Shown in pieces: positions 14,300 through 24,764 of a DNA stretch of 64,000 nt (positions are counted from its first letter, which is position 1; each line of letters opens with the position of its first letter). The notes under the pieces were generated by a model. It was not told where the DNA came from. It saw nothing but the letters and a program-made list of their open reading frames with translations, and ran no database searches. The stretch is from positions 96,001 through 160,000 of IMG/VR virus record IMGVR_UViG_3300036987_000083. One strand, given 5' to 3'. Source of the DNA: a virus. A program made the position numbers and the translations under genes.

Positions 14300-14629
14300 A
14301 TGAATTTCGAACTGCTAAAGAAATACTTTCAGGTAGAGGCCACTGTCGCTTCAACGGCCTCCACCTTGCTTATTCCTTCAGTGCTGTCGAAAGAGATGGC
14401 GGCGGGATTGGTGGATGAGCTATCAGTGGAGCCTGTCCTTAAAAACATCGCCATAGCCCTCGCCAAGGTGGTAGGGGACCACTTGACTGTCTCGGCACTG
14501 CGTCCGGCGGATTTTCAAGACCTACGGGAGCTGCCGGACTCCTTGATTGAGCGTATCATCGAGGAACTAGCCAAGAAGCCTGAGACGTTTTTTCAAGCAT
14601 TTCGAGACGCCCTGAAGAATCAGGGCTAA
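14300..14629 (+). CDS. hypothetical protein
   Basis: ORF between terminase and portal. Confidence 0.65.
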   Translation: MNFELLKKYFQVEATVASTASTLLIPSVLSKEMAAGLVDELSVEPVLKNIAIALAKVVGDHLTVSALRPADFQDLRELPDSLIERIIEELAKKPETFFQAFRDALKNQG

Positions 14630-14663
14630 GACTACTGCTGATTACTGGACACTAGAGGCTACC

Positions 14664-16586
14664 TTGGGATTCGTAGCAAATACAGCAAGCCGAATCAGGC
14701 AGTTCTTCCGCCAAGATAAGGAGCAATTGCCGCTCCGCATGGCGAAAGGAACCACTCCGTCGGCCCCGGCATCTGCCGGGTACGACATGCTCCAAGCTTA
14801 CGGACAAGACGTGCTCTCAGATTACTTGAGACTAGAGCATGATTTGTTGTCACGATACGTAGACTACGAGGAGATGGACGACTACCCAGAAATCAGCACG
14901 GCGCTCGACATATTTTCTGATGATTCTAGCCAACCCGAGACACAGATAAACCGAACTGTTTGGGTCGAGTCTCCTGACGAGAGCGTCCAACGTGTCTTGG
15001 ACGACTTGCTCCACAAAAATCTTCGTATTGATGAGGAAATCTGGGAGATCGCGCGTACGCTGGTTAAGTACGGGAATGACTGCGAAGAGATTTTGGTAAC
15101 AGAAAATGGGGTGGAAGGACTTAACTTTCTACCGCCCCCCACCGTGCGGCGCATTGAGGGCCCTCGGGGGGAGTTGTTTGGGTTCATCCAGGACTTCAAG
15201 GGCAAATTTGGGTACGGGCCTCAGGAATTTCAGCAAATACTCACTCAGCGCATGTCCACCCCCTTGGGCCGTGCTGGTGTTCCTGATAAAAATGCCACCT
15301 CTGCCAATGATGGCCGCGTAGCCGCCCTAGAGGACTGGGAGGTCGTTCACTTCCGGCTACGTGGAAAGCACCGTAGGTCTCTCTACGGGTACTCTGTTCT
15401 TGAGTCTGCAAGATGGATTTGGAAGCGCCTCATGATGTTAGAAGATGCGGCGCTAATCTACCGCCTTCAGCGTGCTCCAGAACGTTACGCGTTTTACGTA
15501 GACGTAGGGGATTTGCCCCCTGCGGAGGCTTTGGCTTTTGTAAATCGGGTTCGCCAGGGCCACAAGAAGACCAAGTACTTCAACCCTGTCTCAGGGAAAC
15601 TCGACTTAAAGTTTAACCCAATCGCACAGGACGAGGATTTTTTCGTCCCGAGTCGGAAGGGCCAGGATGGCACCCGCATTGATGTGCTGGGTGCGCCCTC
15701 GTGGCAGCACATGGATGACGTGGAGTACTTTCGTAGCAAGCTGTTTGCGGCTTTGAAAGTACCCAAGGCGTACATGGGCCAAGAGGAGGGGGTTGCGCGC
15801 GCTGTCTTGTCCTCGGAGGACGTGCGATTCGCGCGTACGGTCCTCAGGGTACAGCGCGAGATACGAAACGGACTCGCTAAAGTTTGTCGCATCCACTTGG
15901 CAGCACTGAACATTGATCCCTACCAAGTGGATTACGAAATTCGTATGACGGTGCCCTCCTCTATTTTCGAGCTGGCCCAGCTTGAGGTACGTAATGCTCG
16001 CGCAGACCTTGCTGGGCGCATGGGGCAGTTTGTGTCGTTGCATTGGACACTGGAAAACGTGTTCGGGTTTAACGACCACGACATCGAACTGATTATTGAG
16101 CAGCAGCAGGATGACGCGATTCGAATCGCCTTGAATCAGGCCAAGGCCGAAATGGCAGTTCAAAAGTTCCAACAGGAGAGCATGCCTGCCCCACCTGCGG
16201 GTGCGCCTGGCGCCGCTCAAGCACCCCAAGCCCCTCCGGAGAGTCCCCCGGGGCCGGAGCAGCCGCCTATCGACGGGGTTCAACCTGCGGAGGACCAGAC
16301 GCCTCAGGTCCCGGAGCCCGAGCCCGAGCCCGTAGCTCCAGCAACCAATGCCCAGAAGCTTACAGCGTTCCGAGCCAAGAAGTACCCGCTTAACCAGAGC
16401 CGAAGAAACTTTCAGCGCGGCGTCATCACGGAAGAAGAATTGTTTGCTGGGGCCCATCGGGAGAACGAAAAGAAAGCCATGGGTAAGCTGGAACAGTTGC
16501 TCAAAAACGATAAGGTGCTGGCAAACCGCCTCCTCGAAATTCGAGCATTATTAGACGATGTCCGCTCAATCCGAGGCGGCAAGTGA
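14664..16586 (+). CDS. gp20: portal protein (T4 gp20-like)
   Basis: EDAALIYRLQRAPERYAFYVDVGDLP...EDFFVPSRKGQDGTRIDVL...DDVEYFRSKLFAALKVP. Confidence 0.92.
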   Translation: MGFVANTASRIRQFFRQDKEQLPLRMAKGTTPSAPASAGYDMLQAYGQDVLSDYLRLEHDLLSRYVDYEEMDDYPEISTALDIFSDDSSQPETQINRTVWVESPDESVQRVLDDLLHKNLRIDEEIWEIARTLVKYGNDCEEILVTENGVEGLNFLPPPTVRRIEGPRGELFGFIQDFKGKFGYGPQEFQQILTQRMSTPLGRAGVPDKNATSANDGRVAALEDWEVVHFRLRGKHRRSLYGYSVLESARWIWKRLMMLEDAALIYRLQRAPERYAFYVDVGDLPPAEALAFVNRVRQGHKKTKYFNPVSGKLDLKFNPIAQDEDFFVPSRKGQDGTRIDVLGAPSWQHMDDVEYFRSKLFAALKVPKAYMGQEEGVARAVLSSEDVRFARTVLRVQREIRNGLAKVCRIHLAALNIDPYQVDYEIRMTVPSSIFELAQLEVRNARADLAGRMGQFVSLHWTLENVFGFNDHDIELIIEQQQDDAIRIALNQAKAEMAVQKFQQESMPAPPAGAPGAAQAPQAPPESPPGPEQPPIDGVQPAEDQTPQVPEPEPEPVAPATNAQKLTAFRAKKYPLNQSRRNFQRGVITEEELFAGAHRENEKKAMGKLEQLLKNDKVLANRLLEIRALLDDVRSIRGGK

Positions 16587-17601
16587 CGTGATTTTCAGTC
16601 AATACCTTGACAGCCTAGCTGACACACCTGTAGATTTCACTCCGCCCGTAACAAGGAGTAATACCCCCGTGCCTACTCACTTTGTCCCAACGGAAGAAAT
16701 TCAGAAACTGACTGTTGGCAGCTACGAGCACCTCGCGTCCAAGTTGGATGAGGCTCTTTCCCGGGACGCTGCAAAGATTTTTGGGGATTCAATCCCGAAC
16801 AAGATTGAACGCATTGGAACCTTCGCGGAGCATGTGCTTGTTGCCGCTGATGACGGGCGCTTCCTGAAGGTGCGGTACGAGCGCGCAACTGGTGGTACCA
16901 TTAAGTTGGTGGGCTCGGAACCTCTCGAAGTTCAACTATACAACGAGTCCAATTTGGGTAGCTACCTTGAGAAAGAGGCGAGGACCATCGTGGAGTCCTT
17001 GCTGGCTCATGACGTCCCCCAGGCGGAGTTAAAGCTCCGGGCGTTAGTGCCTTTCGTAGAAGAGGCGGCGCCACTTACGGACGAGCAGGTGGTCGCGTCA
17101 GCCGTCGAGAGTATGCGGGCCGAGAGGCCGTGGAAACGGTTGTATCGCGAGCGGGCTGAGCAGGTTAAAGACTTCCTCGGGGAACAGCTCAAGGGGATTG
17201 AAGCACGAAAACTCCCACCCAAGTTTGCTAAGCTGAGCGACGGGCAAGTCCCGGAGGCCCAGCATGAGGGCTACAAGGAGCTGGTTCACGACGACTTGGT
17301 CTATATGGCAGAGGCGCTCAAGGGCTGGTTCCAATCCTTGGAATCGATTGAGCGTCTTAAGGCTGTAGACACCGCGAACGAGGAAGAACGTGCTGTGAAG
17401 ACAACTTTCTTGGCGTTTGCAGAGGACTTGCGCCAAGATATTCAAAACGTACGAGACTCCGTATTGGAGTCCCTTAATCTCGTCGGTTCTGTGGCACAGC
17501 TCGGAGTACTGTACGATGCTTTGGTCGAAGAAGCCTTCCATTATGAAGTTGCAAGCTGCTTTGCCTCGACGATGATTACGGAACTTCACGGTTCTAAGTA
17601 A
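16558..17601 (+). CDS. hypothetical head-module protein (GTG 16588 is a likely alternative start)
   Basis: Long ORF between portal and prohead core genes. Confidence 0.7.
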   Translation: MSAQSEAASDVIFSQYLDSLADTPVDFTPPVTRSNTPVPTHFVPTEEIQKLTVGSYEHLASKLDEALSRDAAKIFGDSIPNKIERIGTFAEHVLVAADDGRFLKVRYERATGGTIKLVGSEPLEVQLYNESNLGSYLEKEARTIVESLLAHDVPQAELKLRALVPFVEEAAPLTDEQVVASAVESMRAERPWKRLYRERAEQVKDFLGEQLKGIEARKLPPKFAKLSDGQVPEAQHEGYKELVHDDLVYMAEALKGWFQSLESIERLKAVDTANEEERAVKTTFLAFAEDLRQDIQNVRDSVLESLNLVGSVAQLGVLYDALVEEAFHYEVASCFASTMITELHGSK

Positions 17602-17620
17602 CCTTTCTGGAGATACACAC

Positions 17621-18577
17621 ATGAGCACGAAGTTCCAAGTAGGGTCTATTGAAGAAGACTTTAAGCGCATCGGTATAATTCCGACCGTGGTTGCGGAGTC
17701 TTCCCCTGTGGAGTCTCCCCCTACGGAAGAGCTTGTAACCGAGCCCACGGATGCGCCGGTCGCACCGACCGCCACGGAAGGCTTAAAGCTTTTGCGTAAG
17801 AAGCGCCCATCCGCGAAGTTACGTCTTAAGCGCCGCAAGCAGAAAATGCTGCGTAGACGTAACAAAAGCAAGCTGAAGCTAAAGGCCCTCAAGTTTCGTA
17901 GAAGCGCGAAGGGCAAGCGTTTTGCGCAGAAGTACAAGCGTGTGTTGAAGCGGTTTCACGGTAGCGCGCCCAAGGGCAGGAGGATTTCCTTGAAGATGGG
18001 TCTAGACAGGGTTGCCGGAATGCTTGAGGACGTGCAGGAAATTGTCTCCGCTTTGGACACTGCCGCACACCAGGAAACCGTCAAGTCCTTCGCAAACCTT
18101 GCTATTATTTCCAGCAAGCTTGCGGAGAACTACGCATGCGCGTGTCGCAACCTTGAAGTAGTAGACGAGAACGAAAACGAGATTGACCTTTGTGGGGGCG
18201 CAGAGCACTTCGAAGCGCTTGCAGACAGCGCGGCCAACTTGGCAGAAGCGCTTCAGGCCTCCATACAGGAGGGTACAGAATTCGAGGGTACCACTGAAGA
18301 GGTTGCGGATACGTTCTCAGTAATGCTGAAGGATGTGCTTGAAGGCCTGGAGTTATTTGCTGACCTCTCCGAAGAGGATGTTACGGGAAATCCCGAGGGA
18401 GTAGCTGAGGCCCTTAGCGCCAGTTCCTCGTCCGATAGCGAAGAAGACTGCGAAGATTGCGAAGATTGCGAAGACTGCGATACCGATTCCGACGATTCCG
18501 ACGATTCCGACGATTCCGACGATTCCGACGAGAAGAGCGATAAGGACGGTAAGACGAAGGTCCGCCCTACCAAGTAG
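17621..18577 (+). CDS. putative prohead core protein (K/R-rich segment plus acidic tail, T4 gp68/gp67-like)
   Basis: RRKQKMLRRRNKSKLKLKALKFRRS; DCE/DDS repeats; directly upstream of the protease. Confidence 0.6.
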   Translation: MSTKFQVGSIEEDFKRIGIIPTVVAESSPVESPPTEELVTEPTDAPVAPTATEGLKLLRKKRPSAKLRLKRRKQKMLRRRNKSKLKLKALKFRRSAKGKRFAQKYKRVLKRFHGSAPKGRRISLKMGLDRVAGMLEDVQEIVSALDTAAHQETVKSFANLAIISSKLAENYACACRNLEVVDENENEIDLCGGAEHFEALADSAANLAEALQASIQEGTEFEGTTEEVADTFSVMLKDVLEGLELFADLSEEDVTGNPEGVAEALSASSSSDSEEDCEDCEDCEDCDTDSDDSDDSDDSDDSDEKSDKDGKTKVRPTK

Positions 18578-18758
18578 CGCCAGCACAACAGCAGGAAGCT
18601 TGGCGCTTTCGTCGTAACGCTTATAGCAGCGGACGTAAAGAGACAATTGGGTTGGAAGTCAATCCATTCAAACCAAAACGGAAAGTTCGAAATACCTCGA
18701 AATCAGTGCTTGCAAATACTGACATGAAAGGTACATTTCGTTGGAAAAGGTACTGAGA

Positions 18759-20357
18759 ATGACCCAGCCTCTACAGACCCCCTCTGTAATCCCGTCGGTA
18801 ACCTCGGCTGCTCCGTTACTGGAGCATGCTGGGCGCCTTCTAACCGAAACACGCACTGTTAAGCTCAGTCTTGTTGAAGACACAGAGAAGACGGGAAAGG
18901 TCTTCGTCCGTGGCGAGTTCGGACGCGCAGACCTCGCGACAGAGAATAAGCGTGTGTACCCAAAGAAACTTTGGGAGCGCGAGTTTACCCGCTTGGAGCA
19001 GAGTCTTAACGCCCGACAGATGTTTGGGGAACTAGATCACCCGACAGACGGCCGTACGTCGTTGAATCGCGTCTCCCACATCATCACTAATTTAACCTTG
19101 GACGATAACAACATCGTCGTAGGAGAAGCCGAGATTCTGGATACCGAGCGTGGCAAGAATTTGATGGCCATGCTTAAGGCGGGATGCAGTGTAGGCGTTA
19201 GCTCCAGGGGTTATGGGTCTACCAAGCCAAATGATAAGGGCGAAGAAGTTGTCCAAGAGGACTATCGCTTGGTAACCTACGACTTTGTAGCAGAGCCTGC
19301 AGATTCCAATGCACTACCTAAGGTATTTTTTGAGGAGAATCAGCACATGGCCGGACCAGAGCTTGATGCAAAATTGAGCGAGGAGAAAGCTAAGCTCAAG
19401 GAGGAGTTTGCCAAGGAGCTGGTACTGGCACTCGGAAAAGTTAAGGTTGAGGCTCGGGAGCAAGCCAAGGCGGAGCTACTGGCAGACCCCGACATCGCTG
19501 GGGCCAAGAGCGCATTAGACCAGATTCTCTCCTTGGTAAAGCCGTTCGTCACGGTAGAGTCTGCCGAAGCTCTTGTTAAAGCCAAGGACGCGGAAATTGC
19601 AAAACTGCAGAGTGTCATTGCAGAGCGCGATGCCCAGATTGCGGAACTAGAGCAGGATGGGGCCAAGTTGGCTGAAACTGCTCGGGAAGTCGGCTACAAG
19701 TTCTTCCTGGAGCAGCAAGTGTCGAATGACGCAGATGCTGCCCTCATTAGGAAGCTTGTGGGGGACGTAAAGGGCTACGGCAAGGCCGAAGACATTAAGA
19801 CTAAGATTGAGGCTATTCGAGCCGAGCTAGATAGTAAGCGCCAAGAGCAGGCTGCGCTTGCCGCAGAAATCCGCGCTCAAGTGGAAAAGGCTGCCGCCGT
19901 CGAACAACAGGCGACCCAGCGGGCCAAGGTCGAGGCACAGCGTGCGCAGGTTGAGGCGAAGAAAGCCCAGGCAGAAACTGAACTGCTCAAGGAAGCCCTT
20001 GAGAAGGCAGTTGAAGGCCAAAAGGATATGGCGCTTCGACTCTATGTGGAAAAGCGACTTGCAAATCATCCAAAGGCCGGTAAAGTTCGGTCATTGATTG
20101 AATCTTCACACCCCACGTCGAAAGCTGACGTGGATGGAATCCTCAACTCCTATAGCCACGAACCGGCACGGGACACTGACACGCTTGAGCAGGTCAGGGC
20201 TCGGGTCCGGAAAGTAACTAGAGGGGGTACGGGATCTACAGCGCTCGACGAGGAGGCCCCAGCGGCTAGCGTTGTAGGGAAGCAAGGAGTAGACTTCGCA
20301 GGATTAGGCGTTTCAATTGGTGATTTACAGCGTCTTTCCGGCATCGACCGGAAGTAA
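18759..20357 (+). CDS. gp21: prohead protease (gp21-like) fused to a coiled-coil scaffold region
   Basis: GELDHP, GVSSRGYGS, YDFVAEPA motifs; long coiled coil follows. Confidence 0.9.
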   Translation: MTQPLQTPSVIPSVTSAAPLLEHAGRLLTETRTVKLSLVEDTEKTGKVFVRGEFGRADLATENKRVYPKKLWEREFTRLEQSLNARQMFGELDHPTDGRTSLNRVSHIITNLTLDDNNIVVGEAEILDTERGKNLMAMLKAGCSVGVSSRGYGSTKPNDKGEEVVQEDYRLVTYDFVAEPADSNALPKVFFEENQHMAGPELDAKLSEEKAKLKEEFAKELVLALGKVKVEAREQAKAELLADPDIAGAKSALDQILSLVKPFVTVESAEALVKAKDAEIAKLQSVIAERDAQIAELEQDGAKLAETAREVGYKFFLEQQVSNDADAALIRKLVGDVKGYGKAEDIKTKIEAIRAELDSKRQEQAALAAEIRAQVEKAAAVEQQATQRAKVEAQRAQVEAKKAQAETELLKEALEKAVEGQKDMALRLYVEKRLANHPKAGKVRSLIESSHPTSKADVDGILNSYSHEPARDTDTLEQVRARVRKVTRGGTGSTALDEEAPAASVVGKQGVDFAGLGVSIGDLQRLSGIDRK

Positions 20358-20384
20358 TACAACAACACCCCCTAGGAGCACAAA

Positions 20385-21887
20385 ATGAGTGTCGAAGCAC
20401 GTAAGATGGTAAATGAAGACTCGCGCGGCACGATTGAGGACAAGACCCTCGTCGGCGCGCTAGTGAGGAAGTGGGAGCCGATGCTGGAAGGCATCGCAAA
20501 TCGTACCACCCAAGACAAGTATACCGTCGGTGTGACGGCAATGCTGATGGAGAATCAGTCTCAGTATCTCCAGAACCTGAATGAAGAGACCAAGACGGTG
20601 AACGTGGGTAGCTTTACCAAGTTCATCTTCCCAGTCCTTCGTCGGGTGTTCCCGAACCTCATCGCAAACGAGATTGTTTCCGTTCAGCCGATGACTGCAC
20701 CTGTTGGCGCTGTGTTCTTCCTCGATTATGTGTACGGGACGAACAAGGGCGGCACGAACGCAGGTAACGTGTTCCCTCGTGATTTCGACAGGGACTACTC
20801 GGGCGAGTTTATCAACGGCGAGCAACTTGCCACTGGTGACGGCGCGGCATTCAGCGGTGGTGGTGCGTTCCTGAACGTAACGACGGGCTTTAACCCGGTT
20901 CGCCCCCTGGACACGAGCCGTGGTTTCTCGCTCATTGTCCGCGAGGTTAACAAGACCACGGGCGCTACTGTGCAGCAGGCTGTAGATAACGGCACAGGCG
21001 GGTTCACGGGTGCAGCATCAGGTACGGTTAACTACTCTTCGGGTGCCATTGACGGCTTCAAGTTCAACGCAATCCCGGCGGTAGGCAACCCGATCAAGGC
21101 GTTCTACTTCTACGACGGCGAAATGTCGAACAAGGTGCCACAGATCCAGCTCGACGTGAAGAAGGCTGCCGTTGAGGCCACGCCGCGCCGCCTGAAGGCT
21201 CTCTGGTCGTCGGAAGCCGCTGAAGACCTCCGTGCGTTCCACGGCCTCGACGCAGAGACTGAGATTGTCTCTGCCGTGGCTCAGGAAATCGCGCTGGAGA
21301 TTGACCGCGAAATCATCCAGTCGCTGTTCGCAGCGTCCACTGGTACCACGGCCACCTTCGACCGTATCCCCCCGGCCGGTATCGCCGAGATGGACCACCT
21401 TCGCTCGATGATTACCCAAATCTCGACTGTTTCAAATCTGATTCACAAGAAGACGCTTCGTGCGCCAGCGAACTTCATTGTGACCAGTCCCGAGGTCTCG
21501 GCACTGTTCGCGCAGCTCACCACGCATGGTGACTTCCGCGCGTCGTTCCAGAGCAGCGGCGAGATGTACGGCGGCAGCATGGATATGCCCCGCCAGAACG
21601 CGGGCGTTCCCCAGGGCCAGTTCGGTATCTACAAGGTCGGCACCCTGATGAATAAGTGGCAGGTTTACGAGGATCCCTTCTTCTCGCGTGACCAGATGCT
21701 CATTGGTCTCAAGGGCAGCAGCTACCTCGATGCCGGTTACGTGTGGGCTCCGTACATCCCGCTTCAGGTTACCCCGACGTTCCTGGATCCTGCGGACTTC
21801 TCGTTCCGCAAGGGTCTCCGTACCCGTTACGCAACGAAGCTGCTGCGTTCGGAGTACTACGGCCAGGTGCGGGTCACAAATCTTTGA
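20385..21887 (+). CDS. gp23: major capsid protein (T4 gp23-like)
   Basis: LVRKWEPML...ENQ, VSVQPMTAPVG, RRLKALWS.E.AEDL.A.HGLDAE.E, YVWAPYIPL, RYA. Confidence 0.95.
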   Translation: MSVEARKMVNEDSRGTIEDKTLVGALVRKWEPMLEGIANRTTQDKYTVGVTAMLMENQSQYLQNLNEETKTVNVGSFTKFIFPVLRRVFPNLIANEIVSVQPMTAPVGAVFFLDYVYGTNKGGTNAGNVFPRDFDRDYSGEFINGEQLATGDGAAFSGGGAFLNVTTGFNPVRPLDTSRGFSLIVREVNKTTGATVQQAVDNGTGGFTGAASGTVNYSSGAIDGFKFNAIPAVGNPIKAFYFYDGEMSNKVPQIQLDVKKAAVEATPRRLKALWSSEAAEDLRAFHGLDAETEIVSAVAQEIALEIDREIIQSLFAASTGTTATFDRIPPAGIAEMDHLRSMITQISTVSNLIHKKTLRAPANFIVTSPEVSALFAQLTTHGDFRASFQSSGEMYGGSMDMPRQNAGVPQGQFGIYKVGTLMNKWQVYEDPFFSRDQMLIGLKGSSYLDAGYVWAPYIPLQVTPTFLDPADFSFRKGLRTRYATKLLRSEYYGQVRVTNL

Positions 21888-21921
21888 CCGGACCCTAGTA
21901 CTCAGCAACTAGCTATGGTAC

Positions 21922-21965
21922 GACTCGGCCCGTCAACCATTTCGGTTGGCGGGCCGAGGTCTTTT
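21922..21965 (+). terminator. intrinsic terminator after the major capsid gene
   Basis: CTCGGCCCGTCAACC/GGTTGGCGGGCCGAG stem followed by TTTT. Confidence 0.8.
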
Positions 21966-22906
21966 ATGGGCACTCAACACGCGAAGAAGCGCAAGTACAC
22001 GACTCCCGAAGAGCAGGTGGCTTTGGTGGCCGAATACCAAGATGGGGCGACCCAAACTGCGCTTGCCGAGAAGTACGGGATTACTCAAAACGCGGTCAGC
22101 AAGCTGCTGCAGCGCCTGGGCGTGAAGGCTCGCACTCAGACCGAGGCACAACCACCGACATTCGATGTGGCGGAGGCAGCGCGGCTTTGGGCGGAAGAGA
22201 AGCGCACTACCTACGAGATTGCGACACTGCTCGGGGTGTCTCAGTCGGTAGTGGGGTCACACCTGCTGCGTGCGGGCATCTCCAAGAGCAAGGGACGGGG
22301 CCAGCGCTATCGCCATTTTGACCGAGAGTTCTTCACGAAGGTCACGCACGAGTCTGCGTATTTTGCGGGGTTCGTTGCGGCCGACGGATGTGTCCATGGG
22401 GAGAACGACACCGTGTCCTTCGGGCTGCACCCGAACGACCGTGTCGTGCTGGAGAACTTGAGGGCGGCGGCAAAGCTGGAGCAGCCGATTACCGAGCGGA
22501 ACAACAACTTCGGCAAGCCCTATGTCTGGATGAGTGTGACTTCCCAGAGTGGGTTGAGTCCCTGGAGCGTATCTATAAAATTACGCCCAAGAAGTCCTTG
22601 ACGCTCCAGCCGCCAACCGAGCTGGGCTGGGAGTACGTGTGGTCCTATGTTCGGGGCTACTTTGATGGTGACGGCCATGCGACGAAAGATGGGAAGGGCG
22701 TGCAGATTACTTGCGGGTCATTGCCCTTTATTACTTGGGTTATTCTGGACCTGTTTCGTTCGCACCACAAGATATACGAGCACCCCAAGTACGAGCGCGC
22801 TGACGGTACATCGGCACCCACGTATGGCTGCTACGTATCGGAGAAAACCCGTCTGAAGTACCGAGAGAAGAAAGTCGCAGCCGCGCAGAAGGAACCGCTG
22901 GGCTAG
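21966..22906 (+). pseudogene. frameshifted LAGLIDADG homing endonuclease with N-terminal HTH repeats
   Basis: YFAGFVAADG in one frame and YVRGYFDGDG in the -1 frame; frames join near the CCC at 22543-22545. Confidence 0.75.
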
Positions 22907-23028
22907 CGTGTTGCCCCTGAGAAGTTCAGTCAGCGGAATTAGGACTACACAGCCGGGCTAAAAGTACAGTAGAGTCTGGCTGATAGAATTTGAATGTGCT
23001 AAAAGCATATAGTCCTACCAGGAGCCCC

Positions 23029-23688
23029 ATGCGCGCACTGCTTCGTGAGTTACAGGCCTCAATGCACCCAGAGAATTCTGAGACCCAGGAGGGGGTTTGG
23101 GGTGGGATTAAGAAAGCGGCGGGCAAGGTGGCCAGTGTGGCAGACACTGCCGTTAGCGCAGTTCCGGTGGTTGGAACTGCCTATGACGCAGGAGTCGGAC
23201 TGTATAAGGCGGGTAGAACGCTTCAACACGGAACAACAGCGCTGAGGAAATGGGCAACTGGCGACAAGCAAGGAGCCGCAGCCTCAGCTCAAAAGGCCAA
23301 GGAGGCTGGCGTAGATACCTTGGGCCGCGCCGCAGGCGTTGGTGCTTCCGTGCTGGCTCCGGGCGTGGGAGGTGCCGCCGCTAGTCTGGCTACAAAGGTA
23401 GCTGCAAAGCCCCTCGTTAAGGCTGCTGTAAGCGGCGCCGTGAAGCCTGTTCTGAAGAGCGCGGCAAGAGCTGGAACTGCTGTTGCGCAGAATGCGATTA
23501 AAAAGAAGCCCAAAATCTCGCCCGCAGTGCCGCCCACGCCCCCTCTTGTGCCCGCCAAGCAGAGCGAGTCTGTGCTGTTCCAATCAGTCCGGGCGCTGGT
23601 GGAATTTAGAAGCTTGGTAGGTCTACCTATTACGCAGGAGCACCGAGCGCAACTAGAGGCAGAAGAGTCACTTGACGCAGGAAGTTAA
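23029..23688 (+). CDS. Ala/Gly/Lys-rich hypothetical (possible virion internal) protein
   Basis: AGGAG RBS at 23020-23024; ORF track. Confidence 0.65.
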   Translation: MRALLRELQASMHPENSETQEGVWGGIKKAAGKVASVADTAVSAVPVVGTAYDAGVGLYKAGRTLQHGTTALRKWATGDKQGAAASAQKAKEAGVDTLGRAAGVGASVLAPGVGGAAASLATKVAAKPLVKAAVSGAVKPVLKSAARAGTAVAQNAIKKKPKISPAVPPTPPLVPAKQSESVLFQSVRALVEFRSLVGLPITQEHRAQLEAEESLDAGS

Positions 23689-23722
23689 CTAGCGACCATA
23701 TGGTCGCGCTGAGAGGACGAGG

Positions 23723-24283
23723 ATGAGCAAAGCATCGGACATTTTGAGGGAGTTGGAGGACATTGGTGCGGTGGGCGACAAAGTACAGGAAGTGGTGGTT
23801 CGCCGTTTAGTCCCCGTCCCGACCCTCCCTGTTGCTGAAGAAAGCATGCCTTCGGCTGCGGTCGCTTCGCTGTCACCGAGCGGGTTGCTTGCCGGATTTG
23901 GCGATCAGCTCTCCTCCTTGGAGCAGGCACTGCAAGGCATGCTGAATTGGTGTGCAGGCGCTCGTGAGCTGGCGCAGGAGTATGAGCAGGTAGAGACCGG
24001 CGTGGAGGAGTGCGCGGAACCAGAAGAATCAGAAGAATCAGAAGAATCAGCAGAGTCGGCAACCGAGACTGACTCCGAGGAAGGCGAGGAGGAGGAGGAG
24101 GAGGAGGAGGAGGCAGACGCTTCGGTTGAAGTAGAAGCTGCAGAGGCGGGGGCTACGATAGCAACTCCCGCGAAGCCTAAGTACACCAAGGAGGAGCTTA
24201 AGCGGCTCTTTTTGGATCCAACGTTCGAATCTAAAGAAGTTCAGGCAACGCCACCTTCTGTGGCAGAGGTTTCCCATGAGTAA
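23723..24283 (+). CDS. acidic hypothetical protein
   Basis: GAGG RBS; poly-Glu tract. Confidence 0.65.
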   Translation: MSKASDILRELEDIGAVGDKVQEVVVRRLVPVPTLPVAEESMPSAAVASLSPSGLLAGFGDQLSSLEQALQGMLNWCAGARELAQEYEQVETGVEECAEPEESEESEESAESATETDSEEGEEEEEEEEEADASVEVEAAEAGATIATPAKPKYTKEELKRLFLDPTFESKEVQATPPSVAEVSHE

Positions 24284-24761
24284 CTACAAGCTGAAGCCGG
24301 GGCTGACGTCCGTATTTCTTCCTGGTGCTGGAAAAGTGACCACAAAAACAGTGCTAACAGGGGAGCAGTACCAACGATTTGTTCCCCAGTTCCTAGTGGA
24401 GGCGCCTGAGACCAGCCCCGTAACGGGGGGAGCTGTTTCACCCCCTCCTGTTGCGGTCCCCACGCTTACGCCCGCTGTCGCACCAGTTCCCGTCGCAGAG
24501 GCGACCCCCGAGCGCACGCCAGAGCTTGTTGTTGTTACCGCGCCGGAAGCTGATGCGGCTCCTGAACCGGTGTCAGAGCCTGTGGTTGCGCCTTCTCCAA
24601 TTACGGAGACTCTCCCCGAGCCAGTAGTGCCAGAAGTACTTCAAGAAGTAGTCCCTGCCCCTGCGGCTGTTCTAGATTCGCCAGAGGTCTCGGCAACCGC
24701 TATTGTAGGGGGGACTCCTTCAGCACCAGTTCGTCCCGCAGAGAGGAAAAAGAGGAGGTAA
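24276..24761 (+). CDS. Pro/Val/Glu-rich hypothetical protein
   Basis: Overlapping start/stop packing. Confidence 0.6.
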   Translation: MSNYKLKPGLTSVFLPGAGKVTTKTVLTGEQYQRFVPQFLVEAPETSPVTGGAVSPPPVAVPTLTPAVAPVPVAEATPERTPELVVVTAPEADAAPEPVSEPVVAPSPITETLPEPVVPEVLQEVVPAPAAVLDSPEVSATAIVGGTPSAPVRPAERKKRR

Positions 24762-24764
24762 CCA

